Translations under genes and position numbers: made by a program | The notes under the pieces: generated by a model | Databases searched by the model: none | The model's input: only the letters and a program-made list of their open reading frames with translations | What the model was told of the DNA's origin: nothing | Shown: in pieces, positions 40,398 to 49,071 of the stretch | Numbering within the stretch: the first letter of the stretch is position 1 | Layout: each line of letters starts with the position of its first letter | From: Actinomycetes bacterium | Lineage (GTDB): Bacteria; Actinomycetota; Thermoleophilia; Solirubrobacterales; Solirubrobacteraceae | DNA length: 64,000 nucleotides | Direction: 5' to 3' | Assembly (NCBI GenBank): GCA_021792455.1 | Contig: JAJYUP010000003.1 | Coordinates: 5,669 to 69,668, forward strand

Positions 40398-41801
40398 ATG
40401 GCGACGATCACGCGCGAGACGAGACCGCAGCCCAGCCGGGATGCACCCGAGCGACCGCCTCACGAGCGCAGGCGCGCAGGGGCGTGGCTTGGCAGGGCGA
40501 TCGCCTTCGGCCTGCTCGCAGCGCTCGTCGGGGCGATCGCCTACCTCATCGCCTCCGGCGGCAGCGAAGCCGAATACCACCTGATGTTCGCAAGCGCCGA
40601 CGAACTGGTGAAGGGCGATCAGGTCGAGGTCGGCGGCGTGCCCGTCGGCAGCGTGAAGGCGATCGCCCTCACCCACGACTACGAGGCCGATGTGACGATC
40701 ACCGTCGAAGGGCGGCTCGTGCCGCTGCACGAAGGCACGACCGCGCTGATCAGGGTGCCTTCGCTCTCGAGCGTGGCGAACCGCTACATCTCGCTTGCCC
40801 CAGGGCCGAACAGCAACCGCCCCCTGCGCTCAGGCTCGACGCTGCCGACGAGCAGGACTGAAGGCGCCGTCAATCTCGACCAGCTGTTCAACACGCTGAA
40901 CCCGAAGACCCGGCACGGCCTGCAACAGCTGATCGAAGGATTCGCGAGCCAGTACGAGGGCGCAAGCCGTGACGTGAACATCTCTACGAGGTTCTTCCCA
41001 CCTGCGCTGCAGGCGACCGACCATTTCTTCAACGAGCTCGTTCGCGACGAACACGTCTTCAACGGCTTCCTCGTCGAGGCGGCGAAGGCTCTGAGCACGC
41101 TCGCCGAACATCGCAGCGAGCTCGCCGGGGTCGTGAACAACGGAGCCCACGCCTTCGCGGCGATCGGCTCAGAGGCGGAAAGCCTCGAAGCGGGGATAAA
41201 GGAGCTTCCAGAAGCCTTCAAGGAAGGCAACCGCACCTTCGCGCGGCTGCCAGCGGCGCTTGCGGCGCTGCGGAAGCTCGTGAACGTCTCGAAGCCGAAC
41301 ACGAAGAAGCTCGCACTGTTCTTCGAACGCCTGGATCCCCTGCTGAAGCTGGCGACGCCCGTGCTGAGGCAGCTGAGCACTGCGATCTCGAAGCCTGGGC
41401 CAAACAACGACCTGACCGAATTCGCGCTCGCCCTGCCAGGGCTTGCGAAGTCGCTGAAGAGCGCCTCGCCAAGCGGGGTGAAGGCTCTGCACGAATCGGT
41501 GCCGGTGACGGCGTTCTTCGGCCCCTACTCGCCCGACCTGATCGGGCTCTTCCACGACTTCGGGCAGGAGGCGGGCTACTACGACGGCAACGGCCACTAC
41601 GTCCGGGTGAGCCCTGACTTCGCCGATTTCAGGTACGCAGAAGAAAAGCTGATCCCCGTCACCCCGCAGGAAGGCCTCGAAGGGCTGAAGACCGGTCAGC
41701 TGACGCGGTGCCCCGGTGCCGCGACCCAGCCAGCCGCCGACGGCTCCTCGCCCTACACCGACGAAGGCAAGCTCGGCTGCAACCCGCAGGAGCTTCCATG
41801 A
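40398..41801 (+). CDS. MlaD/Mce family protein 2
   Basis: TM, LVKGDQVEVGGVPVGSV, RYISLAPGP, LDQLFNTL. Confidence 0.9.
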   Translation: MATITRETRPQPSRDAPERPPHERRRAGAWLGRAIAFGLLAALVGAIAYLIASGGSEAEYHLMFASADELVKGDQVEVGGVPVGSVKAIALTHDYEADVTITVEGRLVPLHEGTTALIRVPSLSSVANRYISLAPGPNSNRPLRSGSTLPTSRTEGAVNLDQLFNTLNPKTRHGLQQLIEGFASQYEGASRDVNISTRFFPPALQATDHFFNELVRDEHVFNGFLVEAAKALSTLAEHRSELAGVVNNGAHAFAAIGSEAESLEAGIKELPEAFKEGNRTFARLPAALAALRKLVNVSKPNTKKLALFFERLDPLLKLATPVLRQLSTAISKPGPNNDLTEFALALPGLAKSLKSASPSGVKALHESVPVTAFFGPYSPDLIGLFHDFGQEAGYYDGNGHYVRVSPDFADFRYAEEKLIPVTPQEGLEGLKTGQLTRCPGAATQPAADGSSPYTDEGKLGCNPQELP

Positions 41802-41945
41802 GCGTTCGCGACGGATCGCTCCCAGGCAGGTGGACGATGAGGGGCTCTCACGGCAAGCTGCGGGAGGCGCAATGAACCGCGAGCGTGGATCGACCGCGGG
41901 CAGTCGACTGCGCACCGGCTGGCGCTCAGCGCGGGAGCAGGTGCA

Positions 41946-43421
41946 GTGAACCGCCGGCGTGGATCACTCGCAGGCAGCCCGCTGCTGATCGGTGCGCTGA
42001 CGGTCCTGATCGTGATCGTCGCCGTATACATCTCCTACAACGCGAACAGCGGCCTTCCGTTCGTACCGACCTACGACATAACGGTCGAACTGCCAGAAGC
42101 GTCGAACCTGCTTCCCGGCAACGAGGTGCGCCTCGGGGGGGCGAGGGTGGGGATCGTCGAAAAGATCGTCCCCTACGAGAATCCGCGAGACGGACGGCTT
42201 GCGGCGATCGCGAGCCTGAAGCTGGAAAAGAAGGTGGAGCCGCTGCCGGCGAACACGAAAGCGATCGTGCAGTCTGTCTCCTCCGTCGGCCTGAAGTACC
42301 TCGAACTGGAACGTGGGGACTCGAAGGCGACGATCCCCGATGGAGGCAGGATCCCGATCTCGCAGACGCGGGAACCAGTGGAGCTCTCTCAGCTGTTCAA
42401 CATGTTCAACAAGAAGACACGCGTCGCCAACCAGCAGAACCTCACGAACTACGGCAACGGCTTTGCCGAACGCGGTGCCGGCCTGAACGAAGCGATCCGT
42501 GAACTGAAGCCGCTCCTGAACCGGCTCGTGCCCGTGATGCGCAACCTCGCATCGAAGGCGACGAACCTGACGAACCTGTTTCCTTCGCTGGATCGGGCGG
42601 CGAGAGAAGTAGCTCCCGTCGCCGAAGACCAGGGCAGGCTCTACACCGCGCTCGACACGTTCTTCGGCGCCTGGGCGAAAGTGTCGCAGTCGCTTGAAGC
42701 GTCGATCGAAGGCGGCCCAGCCGCCCTGCACGAGGCGACCCACTCCTTCGCGTATGAGGCGCCCTTCATGCGCAACAGCACGGAGTTCATGCGCCTGCTG
42801 CAGCCGAGCGCAGAAGCTCTGATCAAAGCGGCGCCACCTCTGAGCCATGCCTTCGAAGCGGGCTCGAGGACGCTTGCGAGCGCTCGTTCCCTGAACAGCG
42901 AGATCGCCTCCTCCTCGCGCTCCGTCCAGGCCTTCGCCGAAAACCCGATCGTGGAGCTCGCCCTCGAAGACCTGACGCACACGGCGACGATCGGCACGCC
43001 GTTCATCTCTTCGCTTGCCGCCGACCAGGTCGACTGCAACTACATAACGCTCGCCTTCCGCAACGTCGCAAGCGCGTTCTCCGAGAGCATCGGCATAGGC
43101 ACGCTCGCCCGCGCGAGCGTCGTGCTGCCGCCGGATGGGCCTGACGCGGAAGGCAGCCCCTCCTCTGCGCCCGCGAACGGCGGCGGCTCAGCTCTCTATG
43201 CGGAAGCGAATCACCTCCACTACAACCCCTACCCGAACATCGCGACCTGCGAAGCGGGCAACGAGCGCTACGCGGCGGGGCAGACGGTGATCGGGCACGC
43301 CCCAAGCTCAGGTACAGGGCGGGAATTCACGAAGCGCACCGAAAACCTCTTCGGCGAACCGTATCCGAAGTCGACTCTGAAGGACCTGTCGACAAAAGCA
43401 GCGTCAGGTGGCCACCGATGA
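41946..43421 (+). CDS. MlaD/Mce family protein 3
   Basis: TM, LLPGNEVRLGGARVGIV, GLKYLELERG. Confidence 0.9.
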   Translation: MNRRRGSLAGSPLLIGALTVLIVIVAVYISYNANSGLPFVPTYDITVELPEASNLLPGNEVRLGGARVGIVEKIVPYENPRDGRLAAIASLKLEKKVEPLPANTKAIVQSVSSVGLKYLELERGDSKATIPDGGRIPISQTREPVELSQLFNMFNKKTRVANQQNLTNYGNGFAERGAGLNEAIRELKPLLNRLVPVMRNLASKATNLTNLFPSLDRAAREVAPVAEDQGRLYTALDTFFGAWAKVSQSLEASIEGGPAALHEATHSFAYEAPFMRNSTEFMRLLQPSAEALIKAAPPLSHAFEAGSRTLASARSLNSEIASSSRSVQAFAENPIVELALEDLTHTATIGTPFISSLAADQVDCNYITLAFRNVASAFSESIGIGTLARASVVLPPDGPDAEGSPSSAPANGGGSALYAEANHLHYNPYPNIATCEAGNERYAAGQTVIGHAPSSGTGREFTKRTENLFGEPYPKSTLKDLSTKAASGGHR

Positions 43422-44920
43422 GGCCGCGCTTCTGGAGAAGGCGCGACCGGGTGCCCGTCTCTGAGCTGCGGCGGACCAACTCGCTGCGCTTCGGCTCCGG
43501 GCTTCTGATTCTGCTTGCGATCGGCGTCTACTTCGGGTTCGCCCAGCACATCCCCTTCACCCACGGCTATCGCCTGAAGGCCGTCTTCGCCTCTGCACAG
43601 AACATCGCGCCGAGATCGCCAGTGAGGATCGCGGGCGTGACCGTCGGCGATGTCGTCTCCGTGCAGCGCGAGGGAGAAGCCGGGTTGGTGACGATGGAAA
43701 TCCAGCAGAGCGGCCTGCCGATCCACCGTGACGCGACCCTGAAGATCTGGCCGCGCCTGTTCCTCGAAGGCAACTGGTTCGTGGAACTTCGCCCAGGCAC
43801 GCCATCCTCGCCGACGATCAGCTCCGGGTCGACGATCCCGATCACCCAGACGGCTGACCCCGTGCAGCTCGATCAGGTGCTCGACATCCTCCACAAAGGC
43901 ACGAGGGCTGACCTCCAGGTGCTGCTCCAGGAATATGGACAGGCCCTGAGCAGCAGGCCAACGAGCGCTGAAAACGCAGAACAGGCGCCAGAAGTGAGGG
44001 GCAAGACAGGCGCGGAAGCGCTGAAAGAAGCCGCCCGCCACGGTCCTGCAGCGCTGCGCGGCGGTGCGATCGTCCAGCAGTCCCTGGGCGGAGTCGAACA
44101 GCACGACATATCGAAGCTGATCTCCGGCATAGAGCGGTTCACGAAGGGCTTGAGCGCGAACGAGGCCGCCCTTGGCGCGTTCGTCGACCACTTCGACACC
44201 TTCCTCGAAAGCTTCGCAAACCAGTCCTCGAGCCTTCGCGCCGCCGTCGCGCAGCTGCCTGGCGCGCTGAGATCGACGCGGGGAGCGTTCGCCGCGCTCG
44301 ATGGAGCGCTTGCGCCGATCGAATCGTTCTCGAAGGCGATCACCCCCGGCGTGAGTGAGACAGGTGCGACGATCGATGCGGCGCTGCCATGGATAAAGCA
44401 GCTGGACGCGCTGCTCACCCCACACGAGCTCGGCGGCCTGGCCGAAAGCCTGAGTGAAGCAAGCCCTGCGCTCGCGGGCCTGATCGGCGGCCAAAAGGCG
44501 TTCTTCAAGCAGTCGAACCTGTTCAGCAGGTGCCTGACGAAGGTCTTCTTCCCCGCCGGCGACGTGAAGCTGCAGGACGGCGCTGCAACGACAGGCAGCG
44601 AGGCCTACAGGGAATTCTGGTACCTGATGACCGGACTTGCAGGCATCGGTCAGAACTTCGACGGCAACGGCGCCTTCTCACGGTTCCTCGCGGGCGGCGG
44701 CGGGCACACGCTCGTCTCAGGGCCGACCTCGATCGTCGGCGTGACAAGCAGACCGGGATCGAAGCTGATCGCGCGGGCGACCCTGAGCCCCGAAGGAACG
44801 AGCCCACGCTTCCCAGCGACCGAGCCTCCCTACGAGCCGATGGTCGCCTGCGACACGCAAGCGGTGCCTGACCTGAACGGGCCGCTCTCCCATGGGCCGG
44901 CAGATGGGAGCGGCGGATGA
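43418..44920 (+). CDS. MlaD/Mce family protein 4
   Basis: TM, SPVRIAGVTVGDV, GNWFVELRPG, VQLDQVL. Confidence 0.9.
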   Translation: MRPRFWRRRDRVPVSELRRTNSLRFGSGLLILLAIGVYFGFAQHIPFTHGYRLKAVFASAQNIAPRSPVRIAGVTVGDVVSVQREGEAGLVTMEIQQSGLPIHRDATLKIWPRLFLEGNWFVELRPGTPSSPTISSGSTIPITQTADPVQLDQVLDILHKGTRADLQVLLQEYGQALSSRPTSAENAEQAPEVRGKTGAEALKEAARHGPAALRGGAIVQQSLGGVEQHDISKLISGIERFTKGLSANEAALGAFVDHFDTFLESFANQSSSLRAAVAQLPGALRSTRGAFAALDGALAPIESFSKAITPGVSETGATIDAALPWIKQLDALLTPHELGGLAESLSEASPALAGLIGGQKAFFKQSNLFSRCLTKVFFPAGDVKLQDGAATTGSEAYREFWYLMTGLAGIGQNFDGNGAFSRFLAGGGGHTLVSGPTSIVGVTSRPGSKLIARATLSPEGTSPRFPATEPPYEPMVACDTQAVPDLNGPLSHGPADGSGG

Positions 44921-44957
44921 GCTCGCAGGGCGCTGACGATGGACGCGGGAGCGGCGG

Positions 44958-46403
44958 ATGAGCTCGCAGGGGGCTCACCACGGACGCGGCATAGCGGACC
45001 AGATACGGCGCTACCGCACCGCGTTCATCGCGGTGGTGACGATCATCGTGATCGCCGTGTTCGTCGGCGGATACGTGCTCGTGCACGAGCGGCTGCCGCT
45101 GCCAGGTGAAAGCACCTTCGTGCTGAAGGCCGACTTCAGCAGCGCCTCAGCGATCGCCCCAGGCCAGGGTCAGGCGATCACGATCGCGGGCGCGAAGATC
45201 GGCGAAGTCGCCGCCGTCGAGCTGCGCCATGGTGTCGCAGAGGTGACGATGGACATCACCCCGAAGTACGCCCGCTACATCTACCGCAACGCGACCCTGC
45301 TGCTGCGCCCAAAGACGCAGCTGAAGGACATGACGATCGAGATCGACCCTGGCAGCAGATCGAGCGGGCGCATCAAAAGCGGTTACACCTTCGGGCTTGC
45401 GAACACCGCCCCCGACATCGACTTCGACAAGTTCCTCGCCGCTCTCGACGTCGAAACGAGGCAGTATCTGCAGGCGCTGATCGCCGCGGCAGGCGAAGGC
45501 CTGAAGCACAACGGCAGAGCGCTGTCCGCCGTCTTCCGGCGCTTCGACCCGATCACGCGCGCGATCGAACGGATAACGAGCGAGCTGCAGCACCGCAACG
45601 TCGAGATCGAAGACTCGATCCACAACTTCCAGCTGCTGATGAGCGCCCTGGGCAACAAGGACAAGCAGATCGCAGAAGTCGTGCAGTCGGCGCAGAAGGT
45701 GCTCGGCGTGTTCGCAAAGCAGGATCGCGCCGTCGAACAGACGCTGCATCTGCTGCCTGGGGCGCTGGGCAAGACGAGGCAGGGCCTCGGCAAGCTGACA
45801 GTCGCCGCGGAAGCGCTTGGGCCGGCGCTTGGCAGGCTGCACCGCTTCGCGACCGCGCTTGCGCCCGCCCTGAAGGCGAGCAGGTCGCTGTTCAAGAGCA
45901 CGACGCCTGTGATCGGCAACGAGATCGCCCCGTTGACGAGGCAGATCACCCCCGTCTTGAAGAAGGTGACGCCCGCGACGAAGCAGTTCGATGAAGCTCT
46001 GCCAAAGCTTCAGAGCAGCTTCGCGGTGATAAACGAATTCTTCAACGAGCTCGCCTACAACCCGTCGCCGAAGCAGGCGGGATTCCTGTTCTTCCTGCTG
46101 TGGGCCGACCACGACTTCAACAGCGCCGTGAGCTCTGCAGATGCGAACGGGCCCGTCGGTCGCACGCTGCTGTACCTGAACTGCGAAGTCGCCTCGATCC
46201 TCGGAGGAATCGCTGAAGTCAACCCTGACGTGCGGCTTCTGATCGGGCTGCTGAAACCACCGGAACGGGCAGAATGCGAGGCGAAGGGGCTGCCCGTCGC
46301 CGGCAGCACGAGTGCAAGCAGCGCAAGCGTGCGCAAGGGTGGGCGCGCGAGCGCGGCGGCGAGCTCGAACGTGGCCGGCAAGAACGTGGGCGGGAAGAGA
46401 TAG
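44958..46403 (+). CDS. MlaD/Mce family protein 5
   Basis: TM, GQAITIAGAKIGEV, LRPKTQLKDMTIEIDPG. Confidence 0.9.
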   Translation: MSSQGAHHGRGIADQIRRYRTAFIAVVTIIVIAVFVGGYVLVHERLPLPGESTFVLKADFSSASAIAPGQGQAITIAGAKIGEVAAVELRHGVAEVTMDITPKYARYIYRNATLLLRPKTQLKDMTIEIDPGSRSSGRIKSGYTFGLANTAPDIDFDKFLAALDVETRQYLQALIAAAGEGLKHNGRALSAVFRRFDPITRAIERITSELQHRNVEIEDSIHNFQLLMSALGNKDKQIAEVVQSAQKVLGVFAKQDRAVEQTLHLLPGALGKTRQGLGKLTVAAEALGPALGRLHRFATALAPALKASRSLFKSTTPVIGNEIAPLTRQITPVLKKVTPATKQFDEALPKLQSSFAVINEFFNELAYNPSPKQAGFLFFLLWADHDFNSAVSSADANGPVGRTLLYLNCEVASILGGIAEVNPDVRLLIGLLKPPERAECEAKGLPVAGSTSASSASVRKGGRASAAASSNVAGKNVGGKR

Positions 46404-47909
46404 ATGCAGAAGCGCGCGCCAACGCTTGCGAACATCCTCGTGATCTGCCTGTTTGCGCTGAGCGTGTTCGGCCTGCTGCTGTTCCTGTGGGAGACGTTCG
46501 GCGGCAGCGCGCCGCTGCAGGCGCGCGGCTACCGCTTCACCGTCACCTTCCCGCGCACGCTCGAGCTCGCAGAACAGTCGGAAGTGAAGATAAGCGGCGT
46601 GCCAGTCGGCCACGTGATATCGCTTGCGTCGAGCAGGGAAGGGCTGACGCGGGCGACGATCGAAATTGACAGCCAATACGCGCCTCTGCACGTCGACGAT
46701 CACGTGATCCTGCGTCAAAAGACGCTCCTCGGCGAGACCTACGTCCAGGTGAAGCCAGGCAGTCGGAGCGCACCCGTGCTGAGGAGCGGCGCCGAACTGG
46801 GGCGCGCGAACGTCGAACCGTTCGTGACCCTCGACGACATACTCTCGACGTTCAACAAGAAAGTGAGGGAAGCGTTCAGGACGTGGATGATCGCAAGCGC
46901 TGAAAGCTTCAACGGAGAGAGTGAAAACCTGAATCTGTCGTTCGCTGACATCCCCCCCTTCGTCGAAAGCGCGAACCGCGTGCTGAAGCTGCTCGTCTCC
47001 CAGCAGGGCGCGGTGCGCGCGCTCGTACGTGACACTGGGGATGTGTTCGACGCGCTGACGGAAAGATCCGGCCAGCTGCGCGAATTCACGGTCGCCGGCA
47101 GCGAGGCCTTCAGTGCGGCGGCGCGCGCGAGCAGTCAGTGGGCAGCCGCGTTCAAGCAGCTGCCCGCATTCGAGCGCAACTCGAGCGCCGCCCTGCGCAG
47201 CCTGAACAGGCTGGCCGCCGACGCAAACCCGCTGCTCGTGCAGCTGAAGCCCGCAGAGCGCGCGCTCACCCCGCTCGTGCGGCAGACGGAGCGCTTCGCG
47301 CCCACCTTCGACTCCTTCCTGACGGCCCTCGGCCCGTTGACGAAAGCGGCGAAGAGCGGCCTGCCGGCTCTGTCGAAGTCGCTTGCGCTGACGACCCCTC
47401 TGCTCGAAGCGCTGCGGCCAGTGCTCCACAACATCGATCCCTTCCTTCAGTACACAGACGAATACCTGCCTTCGCTGCAGTCCTTCTTTGCGAACCTGAC
47501 TGCCGCAAGCGAGGCGATCATCGGCAACTCGAACGTGAAAGGCACGACGGTGAGACAGCACTACGTGCGCGCCGAGCAGTACGTCGGGCCCGAATCGCTT
47601 GCGGTGTATGGCAAGCGGATCGGCACGAACAGGGCAAACCCATACAGCCACCCAGGCGCGTTCAGCGAACTTGCAAGCGGGCTGCAGGTGTTCAGCTCTG
47701 CGAGCTGCGCAAACAGCGCGCCATCGGTCGAAGACCGTCCAAACGAACAGGTCTCACAGCAGCTGATCGAACAGCTGATTGCACTGAAAGTGGTGAACGC
47801 TCCTGGAAGCACGACGAACTCCGTACCTGCTCCCGCATGCAGGCAGCAGGCGCCGTTCACCTTCAACGGCAAGACGAGTGAATTCCCGCACGTGAGCGCC
47901 TCAGAATAG
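46404..47909 (+). CDS. MlaD/Mce family protein 6
   Basis: TM, SEVKISGVPVGHV, KTLLGETYVQVKPG, VTLDDIL. Confidence 0.9.
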   Translation: MQKRAPTLANILVICLFALSVFGLLLFLWETFGGSAPLQARGYRFTVTFPRTLELAEQSEVKISGVPVGHVISLASSREGLTRATIEIDSQYAPLHVDDHVILRQKTLLGETYVQVKPGSRSAPVLRSGAELGRANVEPFVTLDDILSTFNKKVREAFRTWMIASAESFNGESENLNLSFADIPPFVESANRVLKLLVSQQGAVRALVRDTGDVFDALTERSGQLREFTVAGSEAFSAAARASSQWAAAFKQLPAFERNSSAALRSLNRLAADANPLLVQLKPAERALTPLVRQTERFAPTFDSFLTALGPLTKAAKSGLPALSKSLALTTPLLEALRPVLHNIDPFLQYTDEYLPSLQSFFANLTAASEAIIGNSNVKGTTVRQHYVRAEQYVGPESLAVYGKRIGTNRANPYSHPGAFSELASGLQVFSSASCANSAPSVEDRPNEQVSQQLIEQLIALKVVNAPGSTTNSVPAPACRQQAPFTFNGKTSEFPHVSASE

Positions 47910-47910
47910 G

Positions 47911-48870
47911 ATGATGAGGATGGCGGAGGGCGCAGGAGAGCAGGGAGAGGTGCACAGGGCAGATGAGGCCGATGTCGGCGAAAGCGGGCAGCCGGACGGT
48001 GCACGGTGGAGAGCTGGGGGCGATGGTGATCGAGCGTTGCCAACCGACGAGGAGGCGGCCGCCGCCTCCTCGTACGACCACCACCCCGAGCAGGTGGTGA
48101 GCGGCGCGCAAGACGGCAGATGGTCGATCCGGTGCATAGACGTCGTGAAGCGGCTTGGAGGCGTGCCGGTGCTGAACGGCTTGAACGTCGCGTTCCCAGA
48201 CGACACGATCACCGTCGTGCTTGGACCGTCAGGTACGGGAAAGAGCGTGCTGATAAAGCACGTGATCGGGCTGATGTTCCCCGACGCTGGGGATGTCCTG
48301 GTGCATGGGCAGTCGGTGCCGAAGATGACCCTGCCGCAGCTGCTTCAGATGCGTCGCAAGATCGGAGTCCTCTTCCAGGATGGCGCTCTGTTCGGGTCTA
48401 TGAGCGTCTTCGACAACATCGCCTTCCCTCTGCGCCAGCACACAGACCTTCCTGAGGCGAAGATCGCAGAGATCGTGACGCAGCGGCTCGCCGACGTCGG
48501 GCTCTCAGAGGCGATCAACGACATGCCATCGCAGCTCTCAGGCGGCATGCGCAAGCGGGCGGGCTTTGCGAGGGCGCTGGTGATGGAGCCTGACATCGTG
48601 ATCTTCGATGAGCCCGACTCAGGGCTCGACCCTGTGCGCACCGCTCTGCTGTGTGAGCTGATAAAGGAGATGCATGAGCAGCACAAGGGCACCTATCTCG
48701 TAGTGACCCACGACATCGCCTCCGCGAGGCGCATCGGCGAGCACATCGCACTGCTTTGGCGCGGGAAGATCGTCGAGTCTGGTGGGGCGGAGCGGATGTT
48801 CTCCTCAGAGAACCCATTCGTGCGTCAGTTCCTGAGCGGTGCTGCAGCAGGGCCGCTGGGGATGGACTGA
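47911..48870 (+). CDS. Mce-associated ABC ATPase (MlaF/Mkl/MceG family); start uncertain
   Basis: GPSGTGKS, LFQDGALF, LSGGMRKR, FDEPDSGLDP, VTHD. Confidence 0.93.
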   Translation: MMRMAEGAGEQGEVHRADEADVGESGQPDGARWRAGGDGDRALPTDEEAAAASSYDHHPEQVVSGAQDGRWSIRCIDVVKRLGGVPVLNGLNVAFPDDTITVVLGPSGTGKSVLIKHVIGLMFPDAGDVLVHGQSVPKMTLPQLLQMRRKIGVLFQDGALFGSMSVFDNIAFPLRQHTDLPEAKIAEIVTQRLADVGLSEAINDMPSQLSGGMRKRAGFARALVMEPDIVIFDEPDSGLDPVRTALLCELIKEMHEQHKGTYLVVTHDIASARRIGEHIALLWRGKIVESGGAERMFSSENPFVRQFLSGAAAGPLGMD

Positions 48871-49054
48871 GAGGCTTCCTGCTCACGCAGATCACCTGGG
48901 CGTGATCGAGGGTCCTGAGGCGAGCTGATGGCGCACTCTGCGATGAGGCGACTTCGGTGCTCGCATCGAAGGCGGCGATGCGATGGCGAGCTCGAGATGA
49001 GCTGCCCGCTGATGGCTCCTTGGCGCCTGCCTTGATATCCACTGCGATCCTATG

Positions 49055-49068
49055 CGAACATGTGTTCG
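49055..49068. promoter_or_regulatory. LexA/SOS box (CGAAC-N4-GTTCG)
   Basis: CGAACATGTGTTCG, 3 nt before the imuB-like ATG. Confidence 0.9.
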
Positions 49069-49071
49069 CCA

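Noticed and set aside
45147-47651. 834-aa antisense ORF over mce5-6, and similar antisense ORFs over secA and the SDR
   Set aside because: Typical high-GC antisense shadows with no recognisable motifs.
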